Shown: piece after piece, positions 62,686 to 64,000 of the stretch
Position numbering within the stretch: the stretch's first letter is position 1
Layout: each line of letters starts with the position of its first letter
Assembly: GCF_030684315.1 (NCBI RefSeq)
Contig: NC_081360.1
Coordinates: 9,156,599 to 9,220,598, forward strand
DNA: 64,000 bases
Direction of reading: 5' to 3'
Origin: Stegostoma tigrinum
Lineage: Eukaryota
Translations under genes and position numbers: made by a program
Notes under the pieces: model-generated
Told to the model about the DNA's origin: nothing
What the model saw: the letters and a program-made list of their open reading frames with translations, nothing else
The model's database searches: none

Positions 62686-63033
62686 GGGCAGCACAGTGGC
62701 TCAGTGGTTAGCACGGCAGCCTCACAGCACCAGGGACCCGGGTTCAATTCCAGCCTCAGGCTACTGTCTATGTGGAATTTGCACATTCTCCCTGTGTCTG
62801 TGTGGGTTTCCACCAGGTGTTCTGGTTTCCTTCCACAAGTCCAAAGATATGTAGCTAGGTGGATTGGCCATACTGAGTTGCCCATAGTGCCCAGGGATGT
62901 TTCGGTAAGGTGGGTCAGAATTGGGGAAATCAGGGATAGGGGAATGGGTTTGGGTGGGATGCACTCTGGAGGGGCGGTATGGCCTTTTTGGGCTGAATGG
63001 CCTGTTTGCACATTGTAGGGGTTTTATGTTCTA
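62686..63033 (+). mobile_element. HE1/V-SINE, full length
   Basis: gggcagcacagtggctcagtggttagcac...ggttcaattcc head; V-domain; LINE-like tail gggctgaatggcctgttt...tatgttctat. Confidence 0.9.
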
Positions 63034-63601
63034 TAGTTCTTTGATTAATTAATCAGAAATGCAGTCTTTAGCATTTGAATTGCCACTTTGCCACATGTTA
63101 CAATTGTCTAATATATTGGATACCACTGCTCAACAGTGTCTAGAAACAGGATTAAATAGATTAGTTGGAACAAGGTGAATACCAAGGTAGACCACCAAGT
63201 TTGACCTTTTCAAGGTCAGTGAGGGATGAGCAGCAAACGCTGGCCTTGTCAGTGGTGCTCACATCCCATGAAAGAAAGAAAAGTGGTCATCAATCACTCA
63301 CAAGCATGAGGGCACCAGTGTTGATTCCGAATTAGGCAATCCCATCATGGTATGATACTCACAGGAAAAAAGAACCAGTTAGCAAAACTAGGTCCTAAAA
63401 CGTTGAAGTTGCCTCTGTTAACATTCAACGGTGGAAAATGAGGCTGTTGTGAAGTGTGATTCTCCAACCAGAGTTTCCTTCAGTCTCAGTCCTCAATTAT
63501 GGAATCAATCAAGAGTTTGTTTGATACAAAATGGAACTTTTGTGAAAGTCACTTCATGTCCATATCCTATCTGAACAGAAAAGTGAAAGATTGTTACTTA
63601 C

Positions 63602-63736
63602 ACTCCACGGTGGTGTTGGTGGGAACAATTATAATATCTGTACTTGGTGGGTCACGCACAATATCTTGCCAATGAATAGTGTTGACATAGCAGAGAAATT
63701 TGTTCTGGTCAATATAGATGCCTCCATTCAGGATTT
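63602..63736 (-). CDS. ERBB4: ERBB4-type receptor, exon equivalent to human exon 4 (end of L domain I)
   Basis: 135 nt, ag|...|gtaagt; encodes (E)[44 protein letters not shown](C), matching ERBB4 [28 protein letters not shown]. Confidence 0.95.
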
Positions 63737-64000
63737 CTGTAGAAGAACAGAACACAGGATTGAAGATATACTGCAATCAATAAGCACATTTTTTTCATCA
63801 CTGGGTCTGATTGGGTCCAACCCTATCTTTCCCACCTCTTGTATGCTACATCAAAGCAATAAGGACATTTTAAATGTCTCAATGTCTATACAAACGTTGT
63901 TTCTTTACTCTTCCACAGGACACTTCCAGCTACTTTACCTTACTGATCTTGTTTGAGGGTGCCCTGGTATTTAATGCACTTTTATGTATTGTGCCCTAAT

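Noticed and set aside
62686-62760. tRNA gene
   Set aside because: The A/B boxes belong to the tRNA-derived head of a V-SINE repeated six times in the window; no complete cloverleaf.
1-64000. Prokaryotic or viral system (operon, defence island, endogenous virus)
   Set aside because: No long non-transposon ORFs; all coding signal is explained by spliced ERBB4 exons and retroelement remnants.

Overview
Eukaryotic, intron-rich vertebrate DNA. The repeat content (HE1/V-SINE, HER1/CR1 LINEs, Deu-domain SINEs, Penelope-like elements) points to a shark, which is an inference. The whole window lies inside one gene on the minus strand: ten coding exons of an ERBB4/HER4-type receptor tyrosine kinase, equivalent to human exons 4-13. 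All have AG/GT boundaries and splice into one uninterrupted 1201-nt frame covering extracellular domains I-IV. The ORF track is otherwise almost all transposon debris or noise. The most notable non-genic signal is a Penelope-like (GIY-YIG) retroelement system carrying minimal hammerhead-ribozyme motifs (CTGATGA-stem II-GAAACGTC). It occurs as two long inverted (fold-back) insertions with 16-bp target-site duplications (TSDs). It also occurs as about ten 100-200 bp hammerhead mini-elements, single or palindromic, several with their own 11-18 bp TSDs and some on the ERBB4 pre-mRNA strand. Also present: a highly similar inverted pair of young CR1 copies bracketing exon 13, a decayed Gypsy element, a solo-LTR-like sequence antisense to the gene, a 30-bp minisatellite abutting the exon 6 donor, and several repeat-poor TAAT/ATTA-rich blocks that may be conserved non-coding elements. 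Repeat boundaries were read by eye and are approximate.
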